DNA of 35,459 bases from a virus (IMGVR_UViG_3300025888_000007:1-35459); one strand, 5' to 3'. Numbered from the stretch's first letter, positions 24,330-33,252 are shown. The notes: generated from the letters alone by a model not told the origin. Made by a program: numbers and translations.

Positions 24330-24839
24330 TTATTTATATAAAAATGAAACAACAGCAATAATAAGAATTACTCCGGCTGACACCCAGCCCCACATATCGC
24401 GACTGCCCTTGCTCGTTCCTGCCGACTCGTACTGTTTTTGCTCTACAACCTTAATTCGACTATCAAGCGTGTTCGTTACCTGTTGCAACTGCAAGGCAAG
24501 GGTTTCTGCTGTTTTAGCCATTGAAGCACGCAATGTCTCTGCGTTCTCTGCCATCTGATTGGCAAGAACTTCCGCCTGTTTTACGGCCATTTGATTTGCT
24601 ACTTTTACCGCTTCAACGTCAACAGCGCGAAGAGAATTAATTCGTTCTGATTCTGCGGCCCTCTCTCTTTGCGAGGCTTCTACTGCCAGCTGCAATTTTT
24701 GATTTAGAAACTCTTGCGACTGCCTGTGCAGTTCCTCTAGGTATTTTGTAGCATTGCCCACCAACTGCAACACATTTGCCGATGGATCCCGTCTGTCCTC
24801 TCCGTTCTCTGCCATTGGTTTAACCCGCCTTTCTTCCAT
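24330..24839 (-). CDS. Coiled-coil protein with C-terminal membrane anchor (lysis-associated, XhlA/holin-like)
   Basis: Heptad-rich body and C-terminal WGWVSAGVILIIAVVSFLY; lies between the tail and holin genes. Confidence 0.65.
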   Translation of the reverse strand: MEERRVKPMAENGEDRRDPSANVLQLVGNATKYLEELHRQSQEFLNQKLQLAVEASQRERAAESERINSLRAVDVEAVKVANQMAVKQAEVLANQMAENAETLRASMAKTAETLALQLQQVTNTLDSRIKVVEQKQYESAGTSKGSRDMWGWVSAGVILIIAVVSFLYK

Positions 24840-24861
24840 TTTTCACCTTCTTTTTTGCTAT

Positions 24862-24880
24862 AAAAAAGCGCCTAAGCGCT
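24862..24880 (-). terminator. Intrinsic terminator ahead of the lysis cassette
   Basis: AGCGC-TTAG-GCGCT-TTTTT. Confidence 0.7.
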
Positions 24881-24886
24881 GCGTGA

Positions 24887-24916
24887 TTACTTGGGGCCTG
24901 CTCGGATTCTGATCAT
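24887..24916 (-). CDS. 9-aa leader ORF MIRIRAGPK (candidate arrest peptide)
   Basis: AAGGAGG-6 nt-ATG ATC AGA ATC CGA GCA GGC CCC AAG TAA, immediately after the tail-protein stop. Confidence 0.6.
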   Translation of the reverse strand: MIRIRAGPK

Positions 24917-24929
24917 ATGTAGCCTCCTT

Positions 24930-27900
24930 TTACGACACGGCCAAGGAAATATCACATGCTTTGTTACCGATCTCGTTTAGTAATGTTGCATTACCACATT
25001 GCAGCACAATTCCCGTTTGTTTTTTTATCACTGTGAATAGTGCAAGTTCTCCCGATGTAAAATATCTGATATTAAATATTGATCCTTCTATTAGCGTGAC
25101 TGTTTTTCCCGATGCTCCAGCGACGGGTATTTCGCTAGATTGAGCGGTTCCAGATGATGTACTACTGAAAATTAATGAACCGTTAATTGTTGGGGGGCAA
25201 GCGATCTCGTCAGCACGTAAGCCGTTCAGTGTACGTGCATCTGTGTGGGCTGCTCTGGAAATTAGCGTCAGGTCCGAAGAGCTTAAGGTTCCACTTCGGT
25301 TAACATCCATTTTTGGGTACAGCGCTAACCCTGCGGCCTGTTCTGAGGGGTGCAGTACATAATAGGCTACAAGATCCAGATCCGCCTCATCAACGTACCC
25401 ATCTTCATTCACGTCATAAATGCTCGTGACAAGGATTCCGTTTTTGACATAAATTTGAGGACGTCCATCAATTGATAGCTCAAAAGGCTTTGCCGCAGAG
25501 ATTTCAACCGTGATCGTTTTCCCTCCGATAACTGCGGTTTCTAGTATTTTCGAATTGTCTAGATCAAAATAGGTTCCCCCATCTACACTTTGCATTTTTC
25601 CGGTGGTGACATTGTTTGCCGTCAGCAAGGAAGTGATGATGTGTCCCCCGCTGATAATCGTCGATCCCATTGCGGCGATCTCTGCCAGCGTATATGCGTT
25701 CGCCCAATCAGCCGCAGTATAGGCACCCGTGAGCCTCGTGACCGTGCATTTTACTATGTCGGTTACGTCAACCGGCACTTGCTGTTTCTGCCAGACATCC
25801 CCGATGTAGTAAGGCGGTGCAGGCTGCGTATAAAACGTCTTGTTCTTTGCGGCTGCCACTGTTGCTGCATTTGTTGCGGCAGTTTGCGCTGTAGCCGCAT
25901 TAGTGGTGGCTGTATTCGCTTGAGTCTGTGCAGTTGCCGCATTCGTTACTCCTGTGTTTGCAGTGGTCTGTGCTGTGTCTGCATCTGTTTGAGCGGCCGC
26001 TGCGGCTAGACGCGCGACTTCAGCGGCGGATGCTGCCTCAGATGGGTCGTACCCGGAAGCGTAAGTAGATGATCCACTGATCGATACTCTTGATGCATTA
26101 ACTACTCCTGCATTAATCCAGTCTGCATTTATGCCGATAGTATTCAGGACCCTTGCAAGGATGTTGCCGGTTGCGTCGTAACCAAGCCATGTAACGCCTC
26201 CGTCTGCGGAGTATGTGAATGTTGTGGCTGTCTGCCGCCAAATAAAGATACTGTCTGCCCGCAAAGGATGATCATGCTGATAGTAAATAACAGACCCGTC
26301 CGGCAGTGTTTCGGATGACGGGTAAAGCCCTGTTGATTGCGCGGAAAACTCGTTCAGTTGAAGCATTGCCAGCTGGTACGTAGTTAATTTTTGAACCGCG
26401 ATTTGTTCTTGCTGCGCAATAGCCGATAGCTGTTTTTCGGCAGCCGGTTTATACTTCGCCAGAGCAACCGCCCTGCCCTCTGCCGACAAAATGGAATGAC
26501 CGCGATATGAATAATTATGTGTCATGATAATCGTGTTGATTGATGTCGTATCCGGTAACACAACCGTAATACAGTCGGTTGCCAGAAAAGACGGATCGCC
26601 CTGCATATCACAATCGAAAATGTAATAGCTGGACGCCCCGATGTCCGCCCATATCCCGTCAAGTATTGCCTGCACGGGTTGACCCAACATAAACGGATTC
26701 TCCGCAAGAGATAAGCAGTAATCGTTTGTTCCGGCCCTATACGTTGTCTGGACATTATTGGAGTCCACCGCAACATATTCGACACCGGTAAGACTGATCT
26801 GTACGGGATCGACTTTCAAGACATCTCGAAGTGCAGGCGTGATTGTCACAGTTGGCGTTGTGCCATACCAGACAAACTCCAAAACCCCCGCGCGAGAGAA
26901 CCTTGCTACCTTGCCGCAGAGCATAGCCAAATATCCGATCGCATCCCTGCAAGTCATTCTTGAACTTTCGGGAATCCCTGCGAGTGTGATTGTACTGTTT
27001 GTGCCGGATAATCCGGTCGTTGTAATGCTACACGCTAGGCAAATGTCGCTAAGAGCAGAACTAATCGAACAGGGGAACGTGACCCCCGCTAAGTAGAACG
27101 GGCGCTCCGTTAATACCATGCGGTCGTATGCCTTGATCGGTATTGTCTTTATTCCGCGAGGAGCCTCGACAATAATAAAATAGCCAAGGTTGACCCATTC
27201 ACGGGAAGCAGGATAATCATCAGATGGCGTGCTTGTCAGGAACGTCATGGGCACTTCTGTTGCGGCAGACGATGCTACCTTTGTAAACACAAGTGCGGCT
27301 GTTGTTGGTGTAACAAGCTGATAGACTACTTCTGCGCCCGTCGTCAATGCTCCTGTTGTGGAGAGGTATGGCGTTGTGATGGATTCGCCGTTGTACGAAG
27401 CTATCCTCGCGTTCCTTTTCTCTAATACTCCGTTATGGCTTACCCTGTCAAAAACTACTTTGTCTAATGCTGTACCTATTCCGCGCAGTGCATCGGAAAG
27501 AGTAAACTCATAGATACCATCAGTAGAAGTGTACTTGTAAGTTCCTGCGGCAAGGTTGGAAGTGATGGGACTAGGGTATGTAACGGAAGGAGAATTTTGC
27601 GTGTAAGTGATGATGTCTGTAGTCATTTGAGCAGTAGTGTTAAACCATGAATTAGGGTACTGTTCCATCATGGTATCCATTTGTGCGGCAGTAGGTTCAT
27701 TTCCTGCACCAAATGTCGCAGTAAGATCAATTAGACTAATGTTTTTTGCTTTCACAACCTTGTCAAAGGCAGTTGCGGCATCTGCGTATTCGCTCCTAAA
27801 GTAAAACACATTAGATGCAGTCGCAGGAATAACTATTCCCGACATGTCGTACCAAGTGTTTGCAGTTGGTCCATACACAAGTCTCGAATATTGGTAGTCA

Positions 27901-28478
27901 TATAACAATGCTATATTTATACAAGCAGAATCAGTAACCAGTATTTTGGCACTACAGTAATATTTATGTCCGATTGTTCCTGCGGGCACAAGTTGATATG
28001 CATCTTTTGCTAAACCATCGCCATTTCCGGTTAATATAAGGGTATTATCACTTACACTTCCTGCTGCATTCTCAATTCCCCATATTCCCCGCCAAGCATC
28101 CGGTGGTACATCACTAAAATTACCATTTGTAATAAGGTTTGTCGCCCAAACGCTTTGTGCCTGACTGCTCAATCCATCTTTAGCGTAGTAGTCAACGTCT
28201 AGCATTAATCCCACCTGATCCAATAACGCGCTGTTCTGAAGAGCAACACCATCCAGCTCCCCGGCGAGATTCAACAATGTAAGATTCAATTCCGACATGA
28301 CTGTTGTTCCGATGGATATCTCTCTCCCGGAGGCCGTTGATTCGGAATATTTCATCGACCCCAAAAGAATGTTGTCATCGTCCAGTACGGTATTCGGGGA
28401 TCCGTAAATCGTGACAGATGCAGCATAGTCTCTCGCTATTGTCGGATCGGCTAAGATTGCCAAATATCCAGCTGTCAT
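24930..28478 (-). CDS. Large tail tip/adhesin protein (baseplate hub, inserted CBM-like module, Ala/Thr coiled coil, dockerin)
   Basis: 1182 aa after the distal-tail gene. Hub motifs EW--LG-F, I-AYD-M, TCR-AIGY-A; SADGG-TW, IGINADWINAG; PPY-IGD-W; two DVN-DG-type loops near the C-terminus. Confidence 0.85.
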   Translation of the reverse strand: MTAGYLAILADPTIARDYAASVTIYGSPNTVLDDDNILLGSMKYSESTASGREISIGTTVMSELNLTLLNLAGELDGVALQNSALLDQVGLMLDVDYYAKDGLSSQAQSVWATNLITNGNFSDVPPDAWRGIWGIENAAGSVSDNTLILTGNGDGLAKDAYQLVPAGTIGHKYYCSAKILVTDSACINIALLYDYQYSRLVYGPTANTWYDMSGIVIPATASNVFYFRSEYADAATAFDKVVKAKNISLIDLTATFGAGNEPTAAQMDTMMEQYPNSWFNTTAQMTTDIITYTQNSPSVTYPSPITSNLAAGTYKYTSTDGIYEFTLSDALRGIGTALDKVVFDRVSHNGVLEKRNARIASYNGESITTPYLSTTGALTTGAEVVYQLVTPTTAALVFTKVASSAATEVPMTFLTSTPSDDYPASREWVNLGYFIIVEAPRGIKTIPIKAYDRMVLTERPFYLAGVTFPCSISSALSDICLACSITTTGLSGTNSTITLAGIPESSRMTCRDAIGYLAMLCGKVARFSRAGVLEFVWYGTTPTVTITPALRDVLKVDPVQISLTGVEYVAVDSNNVQTTYRAGTNDYCLSLAENPFMLGQPVQAILDGIWADIGASSYYIFDCDMQGDPSFLATDCITVVLPDTTSINTIIMTHNYSYRGHSILSAEGRAVALAKYKPAAEKQLSAIAQQEQIAVQKLTTYQLAMLQLNEFSAQSTGLYPSSETLPDGSVIYYQHDHPLRADSIFIWRQTATTFTYSADGGVTWLGYDATGNILARVLNTIGINADWINAGVVNASRVSISGSSTYASGYDPSEAASAAEVARLAAAAAQTDADTAQTTANTGVTNAATAQTQANTATTNAATAQTAATNAATVAAAKNKTFYTQPAPPYYIGDVWQKQQVPVDVTDIVKCTVTRLTGAYTAADWANAYTLAEIAAMGSTIISGGHIITSLLTANNVTTGKMQSVDGGTYFDLDNSKILETAVIGGKTITVEISAAKPFELSIDGRPQIYVKNGILVTSIYDVNEDGYVDEADLDLVAYYVLHPSEQAAGLALYPKMDVNRSGTLSSSDLTLISRAAHTDARTLNGLRADEIACPPTINGSLIFSSTSSGTAQSSEIPVAGASGKTVTLIEGSIFNIRYFTSGELALFTVIKKQTGIVLQCGNATLLNEIGNKACDISLAVS

Positions 28479-28480
28479 AA

Positions 28481-28816
28481 TTACAACTCCTCAAAGTTAA
28501 TCGTGCACTCATTAAGATCATCGCCTAGCATGTTTTCGTCGCTTGCCCTGACCTTGAACGTGCCCGTTACCTGACTACCCCTGCAAAGATATGTCATGCT
28601 AAACGTGGGATTAGCAATCAAGACCCCAAAAGCCGCCATTTCGGTATCGTTAAATGTAAACTCGACCGATATCGTTACCTTGCCCGCCCGAATACGCTGA
28701 TCCCAACTTACACCGGTTTCAGATTCTCCCGATTCCGCGATAACGTCTTTTTTGCGCACAGAATATGAATTGATGTTGTCGTCCAGAGTTGTTGATCCGA
28801 TCGTTAAAATTGACAT
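28481..28816 (-). CDS. Distal tail-like protein
   Basis: About 111-aa beta-rich protein right after the tape measure, ending NFEEL; start MSILTIG at 28816. Confidence 0.65.
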   Translation of the reverse strand: MSILTIGSTTLDDNINSYSVRKKDVIAESGESETGVSWDQRIRAGKVTISVEFTFNDTEMAAFGVLIANPTFSMTYLCRGSQVTGTFKVRASDENMLGDDLNECTINFEEL

Positions 28817-28820
28817 CTCT

Positions 28821-31604
28821 TCACCTGTTTTTCTTAATGGCGTAATTGTCCGCCGCTTTGACAACGATTTCCTCGATCTGGTTACCGCCTACAGAAACCG
28901 GAATGATAATAACCTCCGGACCCTTTTTCAATGTATCGGATGCACCGGAAGAACCGGACGACATTGAACGAAGTGCCGTTGACTCGCTAGGAACAGAGCG
29001 GCTATAGGCCTGCCCTTGCATCTGGCTGATCGGGTTAGCATAGGGATTTTGAGCCTCTGGTATGATTGCCTCACCCTTGTGAGCCAGAATAACCATGTCT
29101 CGCGGAAGATACTTTGTGCCTTCTGCAAACTTCGGAATATTGAGGTAACCCGTTGTTGACAGTGGAGTACTGATTTTTCCGTTCGAGTCCAAAACCACTT
29201 TGACATGGATGTCTGGAAGCTTCGTAGCAGCAATGCCCAGCCTAAGCCCTCTATCAAACTCAAATCCCGTGCTCTTTCCGGCTTCGTATGCCGCTCCTGG
29301 TGCTTTGCCCATTTCTTCTATTGCCGCTTGAGCCGCTTCTTTTGCGGGCGCACGCCACGATTCTACCCATGCCGCTACTTGTTCCGGTGTCATTTTTGCA
29401 AGGTCGTCAATGATCTGATCGTATGTAGGACCTAGTTTTTCCAATTCGGCAAGCACGTCCCCGGGTACTTGTTCGGCAATCACTTTCAGTCCAGCACGCC
29501 AGTCTTGATAGTCCTTAACCTGCTGATCACGGTTCTTTTTCAGTTCGGCAGCAGTTAATTTGCTTCTCTCAATTCCCAACGTCTCAAGGCTGCCCATTTC
29601 GGAAAGATGATTCTCAAACGATTTTTGCAGATCATCGTAATATTTTTTTGTGGCGTCTTCCTGTTCTTTGAGTTTTGCCTTTGTTTCCTCTGCAGTTAAT
29701 GTTACCGATGCAACCATATCTTTGTTTGTGTCTATGACAACTTTCCCTGTTTTCAAGATCGAGTCTGTGTATGGGATGGTAGCCGCTCCGCTTTGACCGA
29801 TTGCGTCCTCTTGCGTCTTTGCCATTGCGGCATTTTCACTAAGGGAAGTGGTCAGCAGATCAACGGCCTTTTTGGCGTTCATGATCGCGTCCCAATCGTC
29901 GGAATACATGTGTTTGTTCTTTTCGTCTTTTGCCTTTGCGTCCGTCAACGATTTTTGTGCAGCAGTCATAGCGTCGGTTAGTTCTAGTTCTTCTTTGTAT
30001 ATGCCGAGTAGCCGATCTTCGTTTGCCTGCAATTTGATTTCAGCCAATTTTGACTTAATCAGCCTGTCGACCGCGTCTTTGTTCTCGCTCAATAATCCGG
30101 TCTGTTTGTCAATCGTCAAATTCAGATCAGGCATCAGCCCGTTCAATTGTGAGACAAGCGAAGTCATTTCTTTCTTTTCGGCGTTGGTTTTTCTTTGCTT
30201 GTCGGAAAGAGCGAATAATTTATCAGACAACTTCTGTGTCACGGCTGCATTTATGTCGGCTTCACCGCTTTGCTCTGCAAAAGCTTCTGCTGAATCCTTA
30301 CAGGATGTAATAAGATTTTTTGATTCGTCTAAAAGCTTCTGCGTGGCTTGAGTTGCAACATCCGTATGTCCCCCAAAAAGCACAAGGGCGGTACCGAGAG
30401 CCGCTATGAGTCCGATTAAGAGTCCGGCAGGGTTTGCATCCATTGCCAAATTCAACAGCCATTGTGCCGCCGTAGCGCCTGTAGTTGCCGCCGTTTCTGC
30501 CCCGATGATTCCAGTCAAGACAAGCTTTGCCGCCGCCATGCCACCCGTTTTGAGAGCACTGATAACCGCAAGGGCATTGCTTATCTCAAGTGCCGTATTT
30601 TGAATAAGCAGAACGGTATTGTATGCGAGCATTGCGCCCGTAACGACCCCGATAACCTTTGCCAGCGTCTCCGCGTTTTCGATAATCCATGTAAACAGAT
30701 CGATTACAGGAGACAGAACGGGAGCGATTTCTTTGACAGCTTTAATAAGCCCGGGAACCCCGTCCTTTGTGAATGCTTTTGTTAGTTTGTCGATAGCAGT
30801 AAGAGCAGTAGGAATCAATTTATCTTTGATTGCCGCCGAAATCGGTTCCATGACCTGACCAAGGAAAGCGTTTGCGTTATCTTTGAGAGTGGAAATCATG
30901 CCGTCCGTAGTCTTTGAAGCAATTTCCATGCCCTTGTAAAACTGCCCGCCCTCTGATGTCGCCTTTTTGAATGCGGCTGTCATTTCATCTGCAGAGATTC
31001 CACCTTTGGACATTCTGTCGGTCAGTTCGAGCATGGTCTCGCCGGTTGTTTCAGAGATAACTTTTAAGGGATTGAATCCGGCCTCTATCATCATCTGCAC
31101 AGATTCGCCGGTAAGTTTACCTTGTGAGGACGCCTTACCGAATGCTATTGTCAGACGGTCAAGTTTGTCAACCGAACCAAGAGATATATCTCCGAGCATG
31201 GTCAAATCTTCTGTAGATTTTTCGTTTGCAATACCAAAAGCCAAAAGGGTGGTAGTTGCCTTTGCCAGATCTCCCATTTCGTAGGGAGTTGCGGCAGCCA
31301 GTTTCTTGAGCTCCTCAACCTTTGCAAGCGCCGTAGCTTCGTCTCCAAGCATCGTGGTAAACGACGCCATGTAGTTCTCCATTTGCTTGTTGTAATTAAA
31401 GCCTGCGACCACGGCAGCGCCCATAGAGGTACCCACGGCAGCAATGGCGCCCACAGCGACCCCGCCCATGACCTGCGCGGCCTTACCAATTACCCCGAAT
31501 CCTTTTTGAGCGTACCCGCCTAAGCCGTCCAGACCCTTTTTCATACCGGTCTGGTCTAGTTCGGTTCCTATCTTGATAGTACCGTCGTTCAATGCGCTCA
31601 CCAC
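28821..31604 (-). CDS. Tape measure protein
   Basis: DG-I-I-TELD start, tape_meas motif (F-TMLG...A-TP-E...AGFNPL...T--GG-FY-GM---SKT--G--STLKDN), Ala-rich and hydrophobic segments. The start may be TTG 31592. Confidence 0.93.
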   Translation of the reverse strand: MVSALNDGTIKIGTELDQTGMKKGLDGLGGYAQKGFGVIGKAAQVMGGVAVGAIAAVGTSMGAAVVAGFNYNKQMENYMASFTTMLGDEATALAKVEELKKLAAATPYEMGDLAKATTTLLAFGIANEKSTEDLTMLGDISLGSVDKLDRLTIAFGKASSQGKLTGESVQMMIEAGFNPLKVISETTGETMLELTDRMSKGGISADEMTAAFKKATSEGGQFYKGMEIASKTTDGMISTLKDNANAFLGQVMEPISAAIKDKLIPTALTAIDKLTKAFTKDGVPGLIKAVKEIAPVLSPVIDLFTWIIENAETLAKVIGVVTGAMLAYNTVLLIQNTALEISNALAVISALKTGGMAAAKLVLTGIIGAETAATTGATAAQWLLNLAMDANPAGLLIGLIAALGTALVLFGGHTDVATQATQKLLDESKNLITSCKDSAEAFAEQSGEADINAAVTQKLSDKLFALSDKQRKTNAEKKEMTSLVSQLNGLMPDLNLTIDKQTGLLSENKDAVDRLIKSKLAEIKLQANEDRLLGIYKEELELTDAMTAAQKSLTDAKAKDEKNKHMYSDDWDAIMNAKKAVDLLTTSLSENAAMAKTQEDAIGQSGAATIPYTDSILKTGKVVIDTNKDMVASVTLTAEETKAKLKEQEDATKKYYDDLQKSFENHLSEMGSLETLGIERSKLTAAELKKNRDQQVKDYQDWRAGLKVIAEQVPGDVLAELEKLGPTYDQIIDDLAKMTPEQVAAWVESWRAPAKEAAQAAIEEMGKAPGAAYEAGKSTGFEFDRGLRLGIAATKLPDIHVKVVLDSNGKISTPLSTTGYLNIPKFAEGTKYLPRDMVILAHKGEAIIPEAQNPYANPISQMQGQAYSRSVPSESTALRSMSSGSSGASDTLKKGPEVIIIPVSVGGNQIEEIVVKAADNYAIKKNR

Positions 31605-31637
31605 CTTTTATGTGATAAAATCATCGGCACAACGGCA

Positions 31638-31886
31638 CTACTTGATTTTGATTTCGAATTCCTTTTTGCACTTCTTCCCTTTGCATCGGACAAAAAGCCC
31701 TTTGCTCTGACCTGTATCGTCATACCATATCGGCATATCATACCCACAGTGCGGACACTTAACCCTGTGACCGTGCCCGTATTCCATGAGTTGAGACGCA
31801 CAGTCTTTTATGTCATCCATTTCAATTCCAACAGACCCAGAGAGGATATCAAGTTCTTCCGGTGTAATTGCTCTATATTTGTCCAC
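31638..31886 (-). CDS. Zinc-finger protein, Mu Com-like
   Basis: VKCPHCG...V-CK---CK--FEI; GTG start at 31886 after GAGGT. Confidence 0.6.
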   Translation of the reverse strand: MDKYRAITPEELDILSGSVGIEMDDIKDCASQLMEYGHGHRVKCPHCGYDMPIWYDDTGQSKGLFVRCKGKKCKKEFEIKIK

Positions 31887-32490
31887 TGTTGACCTCGCTT
31901 GCTCTTCTGCTGACATATTTCTGCATATCCGCGTTTCGTTTTGCCAATGCCATTTTACTGTCGACGTTCGTTTCAACATCCAACGCATACTGACTTTTCA
32001 TTTCGTTGTAAAACTTCTTTTGACCTTTATCCATGCCGGTTGTGTTCGTGAGTCGATAGCCCATGATCTTTGACATTTTCAATTCATCATCAAGGGATTC
32101 GAACAAGGCTTTAAATTTCCACCAATGCAGGTCCTTGCTGAACAGTTCATTCAGATCAAGATTGTACTGCGTTTTGAATGCTGAATAGATATAAGCCGCG
32201 TCCTGCTCAAAACAATAGCAACGCTTTGCATTCAACCCCTTACTCTTTGTTTTCTTTTCCTCGACTCCGCCGCGATAAAACCACATCATTTTTTCGAATG
32301 CCTGTGAGGGATCCGGAGGAACGTCGACATAAAAGTAATTCATTGCGGTTGCAAGCCGTACATTGTCGGATATCTTTGTGTCAAATATGCAGATCTCAAT
32401 AAGAATAAATGTTCGATACCCCCAATTGACAGGGTAGTCAGCACCGTCTATCTCGACCGATTCCGGAAGTGCATCAAGCAGAATGTTCAT
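31873..32490 (-). CDS. A118 Gp15-family tail assembly protein
   Basis: N-L-D-LP--V, FEQDA-YIYSAF--QY--DL, LHWWKF-ALF--L, KIMGYR. Confidence 0.88.
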   Translation of the reverse strand: MNILLDALPESVEIDGADYPVNWGYRTFILIEICIFDTKISDNVRLATAMNYFYVDVPPDPSQAFEKMMWFYRGGVEEKKTKSKGLNAKRCYCFEQDAAYIYSAFKTQYNLDLNELFSKDLHWWKFKALFESLDDELKMSKIMGYRLTNTTGMDKGQKKFYNEMKSQYALDVETNVDSKMALAKRNADMQKYVSRRASEVNSGQI

Positions 32491-32814
32491 TTATCTCACC
32501 CGTTTAGGATCATACTTCTCCACGACATATGATTTCTGTTTTCCGACCGCTGTAATAAAGTCGTAATATGCCTCTGATGCGGCATTGGAGTTTTTGCAAG
32601 TAGCCAAAACGTCAACCCCTGTAGCTGTCTTGAAGAACGTACGGAACATGCTGATCATGAAGCGATTCATTGCGGACATCTTTTCCGTTGCCTTTGCTTC
32701 AATAAGTGCCTTTTCTTCCAGATCGAAATTCTCAATAGCTTTTTCATATGCTTCAGACTGGTCAATGTCGAAAATATCAAATTCAAAGTCAACTTCGTTA
32801 ATTTTCATAGTCAT
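32491..32814 (-). CDS. Tail assembly chaperone
   Basis: MKIN-V--EFD-FD-D--E-YE-A; position just before the gp15-like gene and tape measure. Confidence 0.75.
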   Translation of the reverse strand: MTMKINEVDFEFDIFDIDQSEAYEKAIENFDLEEKALIEAKATEKMSAMNRFMISMFRTFFKTATGVDVLATCKNSNAASEAYYDFITAVGKQKSYVVEKYDPKRVR

Positions 32815-33191
32815 AAAAATTTTCTCCTTATTTTAAGTTTCATGTAATATTTATTTGTATCTTCCTCTGAAACGATAAATCCATATTTATCATAAACATG
32901 CTTTGCTACTTCATTATCTTTGTTTACGGCTAAAAATTTACAGCCTATTGTTTTTGTTGCATAATCTAATATCTGATAAGATAATCCTTGTTTCTTATAG
33001 TTATCATTCACTCTGAGATTCTCTATATTTTTTCCATCCCACCAGTCAAAGCTTGTAAATTCAGCTACTGGTTTATTTTGATTGTCCATCCATTTATATT
33101 GAATTCCTGGTGTTCCCGATAAATCTACTTTTGCAATAGACATTTTGAAATTATCCAATTTAATATTCTCTTTATACGCTCCCGATTTCAT
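32811..33191 (-). CDS. GNAT-family acetyltransferase (AT-rich insert)
   Basis: L-V---YKKQGL---L (acetyl-CoA loop) and L-V---N--A---Y-KYGF motifs. Confidence 0.8.
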   Translation of the reverse strand: MKSGAYKENIKLDNFKMSIAKVDLSGTPGIQYKWMDNQNKPVAEFTSFDWWDGKNIENLRVNDNYKKQGLSYQILDYATKTIGCKFLAVNKDNEVAKHVYDKYGFIVSEEDTNKYYMKLKIRRKFL

Positions 33192-33210
33192 GACCGTTAC
33201 TCCTTAAAGG

Positions 33211-33235
33211 AAAGCGGGGCCTTTCGACCCCGCCC
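33211..33235 (-). terminator. GAAA-tetraloop hairpin/terminator after the major tail gene
   Basis: GGGCGGGGTC-GAAA-GGCCCCGCTTT. Confidence 0.65.
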
Positions 33236-33252
33236 GTTTTGATCGTCCTGGA

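Noticed and set aside
29181-29190. GTTCGAGTCC T-loop-like sequence
   Set aside because: It lies inside the tape measure CDS with no flanking stems; chance match.
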